Assembly: GCA_035534755.1 (NCBI GenBank)
Contig: DATLRH010000006.1
Coordinates: 8,829-72,828 of the forward strand
Direction: 5' to 3'
DNA from: Candidatus Dormiibacterota bacterium
GTDB lineage: Bacteria; Chloroflexota; Dormibacteria; Aeolococcales; Bog-877
Length of the DNA: 64,000 bases
Below the pieces are notes generated by a model that did no database searches, was not told where the DNA came from, and saw only the letters and a program-made list of their open reading frames with translations. The position numbers were made by a program, and so were the translations under genes. Shown piece after piece: positions 41,575 through 49,882 of this stretch (its first letter is position 1; every line of letters starts with the position of its first letter).

Positions 41575-43281
41575 ATGACAGAGCCCGCACCGAATCGCCT
41601 GCTCAGCGAGCTGAGCGAGGAGTTCTTCCAGGTCATGAACTCCAGCGACCCCCTCAGCGCGACCATGCTCGGGGTGCCCGGGTTCGACGGCCGGCTCCCC
41701 GACCCCAGCCGCAAGGGATCGGAGCGCAGTCAGTCCCGGTTCGCCGCGATCGAAGCCGGCCTGGCCACCATTGCAGGCGCCCATCTGACCCCCCCGGAGA
41801 GGATCAACCATGCGGTGCTGGGCCGGCTCGCCTGGGGAGCGCGGTCTGATCTTCAGCATGGTCTTTGGGAGGCCAACGCATCGGCGGCCGGCTACGTCTC
41901 GCCCCAGGGACTGGTCTTCCAGGCGATCCCGGCCGCCCCTCTGGGGGACGCCGGCGCGGCGGAGCTGTACCTGGAGCGCCTATCGGGGCTGGCCGGATTC
42001 CTGGATGCGGTGGCCGACCGCTATCTCGAGGCCAGCCAGGAGGGCCGGGAGTCGACTTCCGCCGGGGTCAGGCAGGCGGTGGAGCAGCTCGATGGCCACC
42101 TTTCCCGGCCCCTGGCGGAGGACGTTCTGGTGCGCCCCGCCCTGCCCCGAGATGGGAGAGAGTCCGCGCTGCGGGCTAGGATCGCCCACCTGGTGGAGAG
42201 CGAGGCGCGCCCGGCCATGGCCCGGCTACGGACGGTCCTCCAGGAGAGGCTGCTGCCCAGGGCCCGGCCCGACGAGCGGGTCGGGATCTGCTTCATCCCC
42301 GGCGGCGAGGCTGGCTACCGGGACGCCGTCCGGCGCCACACCACCACTGACCGGACCCCGGCCGAGATCCATCAGGTTGGGCTGGAGGTGCTTGCGGGGC
42401 TGGCTCCAGAGTGGTCCGAACTCGGGGGCCGGGTGCTGGGAACGGACGACCCGGTCGAGGTCAGGGCACGGCTCCGAGACGATCCCGCGCTCCGGTTCTC
42501 GAGCGCCAGCGAAATAGTCGGCAAAGTGACCCAGGCTCTGGTTCGGGCCGAGTCCGCCCGGGACCGTTGGTTTCCCAGCTGGGAGCTTCCCGACTGTGTG
42601 GTCGAGGAGATCGATCCCGTCGAGGCCAACAACGCGGCGCTTGCCTACTACCGCCCGCCCACTCTGGACGGGAGCCGGCCCGGAGCTCACTGCGTGCTCA
42701 CCGCCCATCCGGAGCAGCGCTTCGCTTACGAGTACGAGGCGCTCGCCTTCCATGAGAGCAGCCCGGGGCATCATCTCCAGATCTGTTCGGCTCAGGCTCT
42801 TAGAAACCTGCCCAGCTATCGCCGCCACCTTGATGCCGAGGTGTGCGGCTACATCGAAGGCTGGGGCCTTTACAGTGAACGGCTCGCCGACGAGATGGGG
42901 CTGTACAGCTCCGAGCTGGACCGCCTGGGGATGCTCTCCTTCGATGCCCTGCGGGCCTGTCGGCTGGTGGTCGACACCGGGATGCACCACTTCGGCTGGT
43001 CGCGCCAGCGGGCGATTGATTTCATGTGGGAGAACACCGCGACCACCCGGGCCAATGTCAATAACGAGGTCCTGCGGTACATCTCCTGGCCGGGCCAGGC
43101 GCTCGCCTACATGATCGGCTGTCGGGAGATCCGCCGCCTGCGGGCCGAGGCCGAGGCGCAACTCGGCCCCCGCTTCGACATTCGAGCCTTCCATGGGGCG
43201 GTGCTGAGTCAGGGGGCAGTGCCGCTCGGAGTCCTGGAAGGAATTGTGCGGGCGTGGATCGAGTCGGTGCCCCGGGATTGA
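41575..43281 (+). CDS. DUF885 family protein (putative zinc metallopeptidase)
   Basis: DUF885-characteristic HESSPGHH motif and the conserved downstream region EGWGLYSE / WSRQRAIDFM. ATG 41575 with a GGGGAG Shine-Dalgarno. Confidence 0.8.
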   Translation: MTEPAPNRLLSELSEEFFQVMNSSDPLSATMLGVPGFDGRLPDPSRKGSERSQSRFAAIEAGLATIAGAHLTPPERINHAVLGRLAWGARSDLQHGLWEANASAAGYVSPQGLVFQAIPAAPLGDAGAAELYLERLSGLAGFLDAVADRYLEASQEGRESTSAGVRQAVEQLDGHLSRPLAEDVLVRPALPRDGRESALRARIAHLVESEARPAMARLRTVLQERLLPRARPDERVGICFIPGGEAGYRDAVRRHTTTDRTPAEIHQVGLEVLAGLAPEWSELGGRVLGTDDPVEVRARLRDDPALRFSSASEIVGKVTQALVRAESARDRWFPSWELPDCVVEEIDPVEANNAALAYYRPPTLDGSRPGAHCVLTAHPEQRFAYEYEALAFHESSPGHHLQICSAQALRNLPSYRRHLDAEVCGYIEGWGLYSERLADEMGLYSSELDRLGMLSFDALRACRLVVDTGMHHFGWSRQRAIDFMWENTATTRANVNNEVLRYISWPGQALAYMIGCREIRRLRAEAEAQLGPRFDIRAFHGAVLSQGAVPLGVLEGIVRAWIESVPRD

Positions 43282-43347
43282 ATTTGCGGCATCGGAATGC
43301 GCGGCCGGGCGCCCCAAGAGCGAGTCGGCTGAGCGGGAGGCTGAGCG

Positions 43348-44319
43348 ATGGGTAGGACGTCAATCGCGGGGATCGAGGCCGACCCCGGCCAACGGCGTCG
43401 GGTTCAGCTGGTGGTCCCCGGGCTGGAGCCGATCTGGGAGATGCCGGCGGTCGTGATTCGCGGGTCGGCGCCGGGTCCGACCCTGGCGGTGACCAGCGGC
43501 ATGCACGCGGCCGAGTACGTTCCCATCGAGGCCGTCACCCGGCTGACCCGCTGGGTCGACCCCGGCGCCCTGCGGGGGACGCTGCTGGCGGTGCTGCTGG
43601 TAAACAGCCCGGGCTTCTATGAGCGATCGATCTACGTCAATCCCCGGGACGGCCGCAATCTGAACCGCTCGTTCCCGGGCGACCCCCAGGGCAGTCCGGC
43701 GGAGCAGGTGGCGGCCTTCCTGCTCAGCGAACTGATTGTCGGCTCAGACGGCTACGTCGACGCTCACTGCGGGGACCTGATCGAGGCGCTCAGCCCGTTC
43801 ACGCTCTGGACCCGAGCCGGCGATCCCGCCGTCGCCGAGCGCAGTCGCCAGATGGCGTCCGCTTATGGCTTCGAGCACACCCTCGGGGTGGAGCCGGCCT
43901 CGGTTCCGGGGGCGGCTTACGCCGCTGGGGCGCTGCGGGGCGTGCCCTCGATCATCGCGGAGATCGGCCAGCAGGGCATCTGTGACGAGCCGTCGGTGCA
44001 GCGCCACCTCCGTGGGCTCCAGAACGTGATGACCCACCTGGGCATGATCGAACCCCTCGGCGAGCCTGCCCCTCCACCGCAGCCGATGGATCAGATGGTC
44101 TGGCTCAGGACCGACGTCTCGGCCACCTACCACCCCCAGGTCGCGGTCGGCGAATCGGTCCGGGAGGGGCAGCTGGTGGGGGAGTTGCGGACCATCTTTG
44201 GTGACCCGCTTCAGGAGATCCGGGCTCCCGCCGGAGGGGTCGTCGTCTTCCTGGTCACCTCTCTGGCGGTGAAGGCGGGGGACCCCCTGCTCGGGATCGG
44301 AGTCCTCCAGGCCGCCTGA
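43348..44319 (+). CDS. succinylglutamate desuccinylase / aspartoacylase (AstE/AspA) family zinc deacylase
   Basis: The N-terminal pattern VVIRGSAPGPTLAVTSGMHAAEY...DGRNLNRSFPG (His/Glu zinc ligands and catalytic Arg/Asn context) is typical of the AstE_AspA family. Confidence 0.8.
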   Translation: MGRTSIAGIEADPGQRRRVQLVVPGLEPIWEMPAVVIRGSAPGPTLAVTSGMHAAEYVPIEAVTRLTRWVDPGALRGTLLAVLLVNSPGFYERSIYVNPRDGRNLNRSFPGDPQGSPAEQVAAFLLSELIVGSDGYVDAHCGDLIEALSPFTLWTRAGDPAVAERSRQMASAYGFEHTLGVEPASVPGAAYAAGALRGVPSIIAEIGQQGICDEPSVQRHLRGLQNVMTHLGMIEPLGEPAPPPQPMDQMVWLRTDVSATYHPQVAVGESVREGQLVGELRTIFGDPLQEIRAPAGGVVVFLVTSLAVKAGDPLLGIGVLQAA

Positions 44320-44356
44320 TCCGGATCGGATGCGCCTCCGGTAAACTTGGCCGCCC

Positions 44357-45352
44357 GTGTCTGCAGCCGCCCCTGCTCGCGGCGAGCCCGCCATCGAGGT
44401 CGCCGATCTGCGGCGGACTTACCGCACCACCACCGGCACCGTCCGCCGCCGTCGCCTTGAGATCGAGGCCGTGCGGGGTGTGTCTCTGCGCGTCGCGCCC
44501 GGCGAGCTGTTCGGCCTCCTCGGTCCCAACGGGGCGGGCAAGACCACCACCATCCGAGTGCTCTGCACCTTGCTGCTGCCGACCTCGGGCACGGTACGGG
44601 TGCTAGGCCTGGATGTGGTCGCATCTCCCCGCGAGGTGCGGCGCCGAATTGGATATGTCTTTGGCGGTGACCGGGGGCTCTACGACCGTCTCAGTGCCCT
44701 CGACAACCTGCGCTACTTCGCCGACCTCTACGCGCTCGACCCGCGCCGGCAGCGGCAGCGGATCGACGAGGTGCTGGAGCTGGTGGGACTCCAGGGTCGG
44801 GGCAAAGAGCGGGTGGAGGGGTTCTCGAGGGGGATGCGGCAGCGGCTTCACCTGGCCCGGGGGCTGTTGCACGATCCTCCGGTGCTTTTCTTCGATGAGC
44901 CCACGATTGGGGTCGACCCGGTGGGGGCGAGGGAGGTGCGCCAGGTGGTCTCCGAGTTGGCCCGGGCGGGCAAGACAATCCTGCTCACCACCCACTACAT
45001 GTTCGAGGCGGACAGCCTATGCGACCGGATCGCGGTGATCTCCAAGGGCCAGATCGTTGCTGAGGGTACGCCCCAGCAGCTCAAGGCCCGGGTGACCGCC
45101 AGGTCGGTCGTCGAGATCGAGGCGTACGGCATCCCTGAGGCCACGGTCCAGCGAATCAGGGACCTGCCCGATGTCGAGGCGGTCACCACGGAGATTCGGG
45201 ACCAGGCCCAGCAGCTCACCGTTCAGGCGCGCGAGGGCAGCCAGTTGACCGGGCGGCTCCTGCAGATCCTGGAGGGGGTGCGGGTGGAGCGCATCGTCGC
45301 CCGGGAACCAACTCTGGAGGATGCCTACGTGGCCCTGGTGACCGCGCCGTGA
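44357..45352 (+). CDS. ABC transporter ATP-binding protein (ABC-2 / DrrA-like)
   Basis: Walker A GPNGAGKTTT, signature FSRGMRQR, and Walker B VLFFDEPTIGVD. Confidence 0.9.
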   Translation: MSAAAPARGEPAIEVADLRRTYRTTTGTVRRRRLEIEAVRGVSLRVAPGELFGLLGPNGAGKTTTIRVLCTLLLPTSGTVRVLGLDVVASPREVRRRIGYVFGGDRGLYDRLSALDNLRYFADLYALDPRRQRQRIDEVLELVGLQGRGKERVEGFSRGMRQRLHLARGLLHDPPVLFFDEPTIGVDPVGAREVRQVVSELARAGKTILLTTHYMFEADSLCDRIAVISKGQIVAEGTPQQLKARVTARSVVEIEAYGIPEATVQRIRDLPDVEAVTTEIRDQAQQLTVQAREGSQLTGRLLQILEGVRVERIVAREPTLEDAYVALVTAP

Positions 45353-46170
45353 GCGCGCTCCAGCAGCCCCGACAGCTCTATCGTGCCGGTCCGGCTGCGC
45401 TCGGGTGGCCCCGGCAGGTGGTCATGGGGTGGTGGTACCAGCTCAAGATGCAGGCCCAGTCCGGGTTCGTGGTCATGGTCTCGTTGGTCCAGCCACTCAT
45501 CTTCGCCAGCATCGCTATGGCCGACCAGCAGGCTGGCAACCGCACCCTGCCGCTCCTCTACTACGCCCTGGGCGCGGGGATCATGGGGATCTGGTCGACG
45601 GTGGTCTTCGGTTGCGGGGGGGCTCTCTCCTGGCAGCGCCACCAGGGCATGCTGGAGCCGCTGGTGATGGCCCCGGCGCCGCTGGTGCTGGTGCTGTTGG
45701 GGATAACCCTGGGCACGGCCACGGTGGGGCTTTACTCAATGGGGGCGACCCTGCTCTGGGGCTGGCTGATCTTCGGCGCCCACATCCACCTGGTCGATCC
45801 CGTGGCCTTCGTGCTCGCGGCGGTGGTGATGATCGTGGCGCTGGGACTGCTGGGCCTGGTGATGGGGTCGAGCTTTGTCCTGTACCGCAATGCCAACGCC
45901 CTCTCCAACGCCCTGGAGTACCCAGTCTGGCTGGTCTGCGGCCTGGTGGTTCCCCTCTCGCTGCTGCCGGGATGGACCCATTACCTGGCCTACATCCTGG
46001 CGCCCACCTGGGGGATTGAGGCGATGCGCGCGGCGGCCCTGGGAGGCAATCCCTGGCTCTCTGTGCTCTGGTGTGCGGTCGCATCGCTGGTCTACCTGGG
46101 GCTGGGTGTGGTCTTGGTAAGCAACGTGGAGCGGCTCTCGCGCGCCCACGCCACGCTGACCTTCCAGTGA
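45349..46170 (+). CDS. ABC-2 type transporter permease (subunit 1)
   Basis: 273 aa with 6 TM helices. ATGA-type overlap with the ATPase stop. Confidence 0.8.
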   Translation: MSALQQPRQLYRAGPAALGWPRQVVMGWWYQLKMQAQSGFVVMVSLVQPLIFASIAMADQQAGNRTLPLLYYALGAGIMGIWSTVVFGCGGALSWQRHQGMLEPLVMAPAPLVLVLLGITLGTATVGLYSMGATLLWGWLIFGAHIHLVDPVAFVLAAVVMIVALGLLGLVMGSSFVLYRNANALSNALEYPVWLVCGLVVPLSLLPGWTHYLAYILAPTWGIEAMRAAALGGNPWLSVLWCAVASLVYLGLGVVLVSNVERLSRAHATLTFQ

Positions 46171-46988
46171 GTGTCGCGCCCCTGCCGCGCACCGGCAATA
46201 CCGACAACTTTTGGCGGGTTTTCTTCATCGGGGGTCTGATCTCCTACCGGGCTCTCTTCTACTGGATCACTCCCTGGCAGTACATCCCGACGATGCTCGC
46301 GGCGCCGCTGTTCCAGATCCTCTTCTTCGTCTATTTGGGCCGAGCCACGGGGGTCGGTTCGACGACCTTTTTCGTGGTCGGGAACTCGATCCAGATCTGC
46401 AGCATGTCGGGGATCTACGGCATGACCATGGCCCTCGCCAACGAGCGCCAGTTCCAGACCCTGAGCCCGATCTTGGCCACCCCCGCCAACCGGATTGCGC
46501 TCTTCCTGGGGCGGGGCCTGCCGGTGCTGGCATCGGGTCTCCAGACGACCGCCTTCGGATTCCTGGTTTCGGCTTTGATCCTCAACTTTCGGCCGGCACC
46601 GAGTGCGCTTCCCATGCTGGCCCTGACGGTGCTGATCACCACCGCCTCCTGCACCGGTTTCGGAATGGCGCTGGGATCGATCGGACTGCGGGCCCGGGAT
46701 ATCTGGCTCACCGCCAACATCGCGTACTTCGCGATGCTGCTGCTCTGTGGGGTGGAGGTGCCCCTGCGCCAGCTACCAGGAGCCCTTCAGGTGGTAGCTC
46801 ACCTGCTCCCTTTGACCCACGGCATCGCCGCGGGCCGCCTGCTGGCCACGGGTCACGACCTGGGAGCGGCCTGGCCACTGATCTGGGAGGAGCTGGTGGT
46901 GGGAGCGGCGTGGGCGACGATCGCGTTTCTGCTATTCGCATATTTCGAGCGCCAGGGCCGCCGTACGGGGAGCTTTGATCGCCTGTGA
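46167..46988 (+). CDS. ABC-2 type transporter permease (subunit 2)
   Basis: GTG 46167 in a GTGA overlap with the permease-1 stop. 273 aa with 6 TM helices. The track start at 46071 lies inside the upstream gene. Confidence 0.8.
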   Translation: MSVAPLPRTGNTDNFWRVFFIGGLISYRALFYWITPWQYIPTMLAAPLFQILFFVYLGRATGVGSTTFFVVGNSIQICSMSGIYGMTMALANERQFQTLSPILATPANRIALFLGRGLPVLASGLQTTAFGFLVSALILNFRPAPSALPMLALTVLITTASCTGFGMALGSIGLRARDIWLTANIAYFAMLLLCGVEVPLRQLPGALQVVAHLLPLTHGIAAGRLLATGHDLGAAWPLIWEELVVGAAWATIAFLLFAYFERQGRRTGSFDRL

Positions 46989-47248
46989 CAGCTCTCAATT
47001 CGGAGCAGGACCCGACCCGGCTCGACCTCCGCGGCGTCGCCTGTCCGCTGACCTTTGTGCGCACCAGAATCGCCCTCAACCGGCTCCCCGCGGGGGAGCT
47101 CCTCGAGGTGCTGCTCGATGAGGGCGAACCCGCTCAGTCAGTGCCCCACAGCTGCACCGAGGACGGCGACCGGGTGCTGGATCTGGCGCCCTGGAGCGAG
47201 CCCGGCGTCGTGCGGATGCTGGTGGCCCGAGGCGACCTGCCAGTCTGA
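46985..47248 (+). CDS. TusA-like sulfurtransferase (SirA/YedF/YeeD family)
   Basis: 87 aa, with LDLRGVACPLTFVRTRIALNRL...GELLEVLLDEGEP matching the TusA CPxP-type active-site region. GTG overlaps the permease-2 stop. Confidence 0.75.
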   Translation: MTALNSEQDPTRLDLRGVACPLTFVRTRIALNRLPAGELLEVLLDEGEPAQSVPHSCTEDGDRVLDLAPWSEPGVVRMLVARGDLPV

Positions 47249-47311
47249 CCTAGGCCCGACGGAATCCCCCGCAGGGGCTGGCCGCCTACGAAGCGTCTCA
47301 AAGTTCGATCG

Positions 47312-47524
47312 GTGCCGGCGACCCGCCTGGATACCGACCAGAATGACTTCTCCGGCGGGTTGGCGACCGCGATGGCGCACGAAGCGGCCGGCTTCCGACT
47401 GCCGGGGACGGTGACGAAGCGGGCCCCCGGCCAGGACAGTCCGAAGGTGACTCCGGTGGTCCAACGGCAAGGCCGGGATAGCGTGCAGTGGTGGGACACC
47501 GACTTGCGAGCCTGGGCCGCCTGA
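47312..47524 (+). CDS. hypothetical small protein (70 aa)
   Basis: GTG start. GC3 is about 88% in this frame. Its stop overlaps the next ATG (TGATG). No recognisable domain. Confidence 0.35.
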   Translation: MPATRLDTDQNDFSGGLATAMAHEAAGFRLPGTVTKRAPGQDSPKVTPVVQRQGRDSVQWWDTDLRAWAA

Positions 47525-47742
47525 TGCCCTGGCCGTCCGTGGCACTGGGGATTCTTGCCGCCTGCCTCCTGGCGCTATTTGGGCCGTTCGGGCAGATCCA
47601 ATGCAAGACCACCTACCGGCCGGCAACCAACTGGGCGATACAACTGCCCGAACCGGCCCCATTAGGTGGTCACGTCCCCAAGGCCCAGCTTTGCACCAAC
47701 GTGAGCTCCCGGGGCGCGTTCCATGGGGCGAGGTGGGATTGA
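47524..47742 (+). CDS. hypothetical small Cys-containing membrane/secreted protein (72 aa; 84 aa if GTG 47488 is used)
   Basis: ATG shares a nucleotide with the upstream stop. Hydrophobic N-terminus PWPSVALGILAACLLALFGPFG (lipobox-like LAAC), 3 Cys, GC3 about 76%. Confidence 0.3.
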   Translation: MPWPSVALGILAACLLALFGPFGQIQCKTTYRPATNWAIQLPEPAPLGGHVPKAQLCTNVSSRGAFHGARWD

Positions 47743-47969
47743 TCGCCACGATGCCACGACCATCGTCAAACGACAAAACGCCGAAGAAACTCCGCTGTCC
47801 CTGATTGCCGCGAGCACCGAGGAGATACTCCAGCTGGCAGATCTGGGCGGTCCGCCAGCGTCATAGCGGAGGCATTGGACCCCCGGCCGTGAGCCTCGTC
47901 GCGGGTGGGAAACAACTCAGCCGATTGCCCCTCTTATAACCGCGGAATTGCTGAGCGAAAAGGGTGTGA

Positions 47970-48186
47970 CTGACCGCGCCAGTCCCACTCCTCCGAGCGC
48001 TCAAGGTCGGCGCTCGCAACCCGGTGGTGGTGGCCGACCTGCAGCGGACACTGGTTGACCTGGGTGGGTAGCAGACTGGCCCGTTTCTGAAGACGCGGAA
48101 CCGGATTTCCGGGAAATCATCCGCGGTTGGGTCGGCGCTGCCGACGTTGCTCGAGTCGGAGACGCGACGGCGGTCCGGATTGGGCA
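47970..48186 (+). pseudogene. decayed fragment of a peptidoglycan-binding (PG_binding_1-like) domain gene, interrupted by a stop and a frameshift
   Basis: Frame 0 reads LLRALKVGARNPVVVADLQRTLVDLGG-stop (the L..G..G..V..LQ..L..LG motif). The +2 frame continues ...WVGAADVARVGDATAVRIGH, resembling the second half of the domain. No start codon or Shine-Dalgarno. Confidence 0.3.
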
Positions 48187-48384
48187 CTGAATTGCCGCCC
48201 CGGGGCCCGAGCGTGTGGCGCTCTCGCGGCGCATTTGCGGCGCCACCTACCCGGTTGCCATCGGCCGCTCCCGATTGACGATGGGCCGCTTTGAGCCCCA
48301 GGTGGGGACCCCTGGTACGCCCGCACCTGGAATGCGCTGCACCGCCCCTTGGTCCAGGCGGGCGGCGGAAGCACCGCCCCGAGC

Positions 48385-49764
48385 TCAGGAGGCGGGTGGG
48401 GCGGGCACCCAGCCCGCAGCCCCGGTAGGTCGCAATAGGACGGTGAACTGGGCGCCCTGACCCGGCTCCGAGGCCACCTCCACCTCTCCCCCTTGGGCCT
48501 CGGCCAAGGACTTCACGATGGCCAGACCCAGCCCGCTGCCGCCGTCCTGGCGTGACCGCGCGTCACCGGCGCGGAAGAATCGCTCGAAGACGTGGGGCAA
48601 GTCTGGGGACTCGATTCCGGGACCGCGGTCGGCGCAGCGAAACCCAACCAGGCCCCTTTCGCGCACGGTGGACCAGACGATTTCCCGTCCCCCGCCGTGC
48701 CGCTCGGCGTTGGCCTGAAGATTGCCGGCGATGGTCGCCAGCGTGTCGGGATCTGCCAATGCCACCGCCCCGGGCTGAAGTTGCAGAGTGACGGCGGTCG
48801 CCTGCGCGCGGGACTCCAGGAAACGTTGCAGGAAGGCGGCCAGATCCACCGGGCGCAGGTCGAGGGCGCGCCCCTCGTCGGCGCGGGCCAGGGTGAGCAG
48901 GTCCATCACCAGCAGCCGCATCCGCTCCGCCTCCCGGGACATCACCGGGAGGGCGTCCCGGACCACCTGGGGGCTGGCGCCCCCGCCTCGCTGCAGGACA
49001 TCGAGGTAGCCCTTGATCGCGGTCAGAGGGGTGCGGAGTTCGTGGGAAGCGTCGCCGATGAACTGGCGCATCCGCCGGGCGGTCGACTCCCGCTCGGTGA
49101 CGGTGCGCTCGACACTGTCCGCCATCTCGTCGAAGACCCGGGCCAGTTCGCCGACCTCGTCGTGGCGCGGGGGCAGCCCACTCCGTCGCGAGAGGTCGCC
49201 TCTCCCCACCGCCTGGGCGGCGGCGGTGAGCCGGCGGAGAGGGCCAAGGCCTCTGGTCGTGAGTGCCAGGCCGACCAGCAAGGCGATCAGCAGCACGGCT
49301 GCGCTCCCCAACGTCAACACGTGGGCGGCGGAGGTGAGCACGGTCCGGACCGGACCGCCGGGTTCAACGAGCTCAATCAGCCCCAGATGGGTGCCGAGGC
49401 GGCCGTCCAGGGGAAGGAGCATCACGACCGTGCTGGCCGAGCCGCTGCCATAGAGGGAAGGCCCGATGACGGTGTCGTACTGGCCCGCCGCGACCAGGTT
49501 GGAGTGATTTGGTTGGGGCACGCTCACCCCGGTCTCGACCCCGCTCGGGGACCTAGGCCCGGCCGAGGCGACCTCGGTTAGGTCGAGCGAGTAAACGGCA
49601 CTCGTGATCCCCGACTGGGCCAGCGCCTTGGCTAGATTGAGGGCCAGTTCCGGGGGTGAGAGGTGCGCCAGCCCCAGTCTTACCCGGGTCCTCTCCTCGG
49701 CCCCGACCACCGACCTCCCATAGGCGAAACTGGCCCGCAGGCTCTGGCCCCGGCTGCTCAGCAC
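48385..49764 (-). CDS. sensor histidine kinase (HAMP-HisKA-HATPase_c; MprB/MtrB-like)
   Basis: HisKA H-box ASHELRTPLTAIKGY, with N (NLQANAERH), G1 (DRGPGI) and G2 (GSGLGL) boxes, and a HAMP domain after the TM helix VLTLGSAAVLLIALLVGLALT. The first in-frame start is GTG 49764, but a TM1-like segment continues in frame upstream to about 49882 without any ATG/GTG/TTG. Confidence 0.85.
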   Translation of the reverse strand: MLSSRGQSLRASFAYGRSVVGAEERTRVRLGLAHLSPPELALNLAKALAQSGITSAVYSLDLTEVASAGPRSPSGVETGVSVPQPNHSNLVAAGQYDTVIGPSLYGSGSASTVVMLLPLDGRLGTHLGLIELVEPGGPVRTVLTSAAHVLTLGSAAVLLIALLVGLALTTRGLGPLRRLTAAAQAVGRGDLSRRSGLPPRHDEVGELARVFDEMADSVERTVTERESTARRMRQFIGDASHELRTPLTAIKGYLDVLQRGGGASPQVVRDALPVMSREAERMRLLVMDLLTLARADEGRALDLRPVDLAAFLQRFLESRAQATAVTLQLQPGAVALADPDTLATIAGNLQANAERHGGGREIVWSTVRERGLVGFRCADRGPGIESPDLPHVFERFFRAGDARSRQDGGSGLGLAIVKSLAEAQGGEVEVASEPGQGAQFTVLLRPTGAAGWVPAPPAS

Positions 49765-49882
49765 GGCCCCCCGCAGCAGGCTGTACTCGACGCCTCCGGC
49801 AAACCCGAGGAGGATGGCCAGAAGCCCGACGAAGGAGAGGGTCAGCCGCCAGCGCAGGCTGCGGTACCAGGGAACGGCGGTG

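Noticed and set aside
47601-47804. Possible tmRNA (ssrA) because of an ...NDKTPKKLRCP-stop peptide-like frame in a gene-poor region
   Set aside because: No tRNA-like 3' end (no GGTTCGANTCC T-arm or CCA), no GGGG 5' end, and the peptide lacks the hydrophobic ALAA/LAA-type C-terminus. I also found no RNase P, SRP or 6S signatures by eye.
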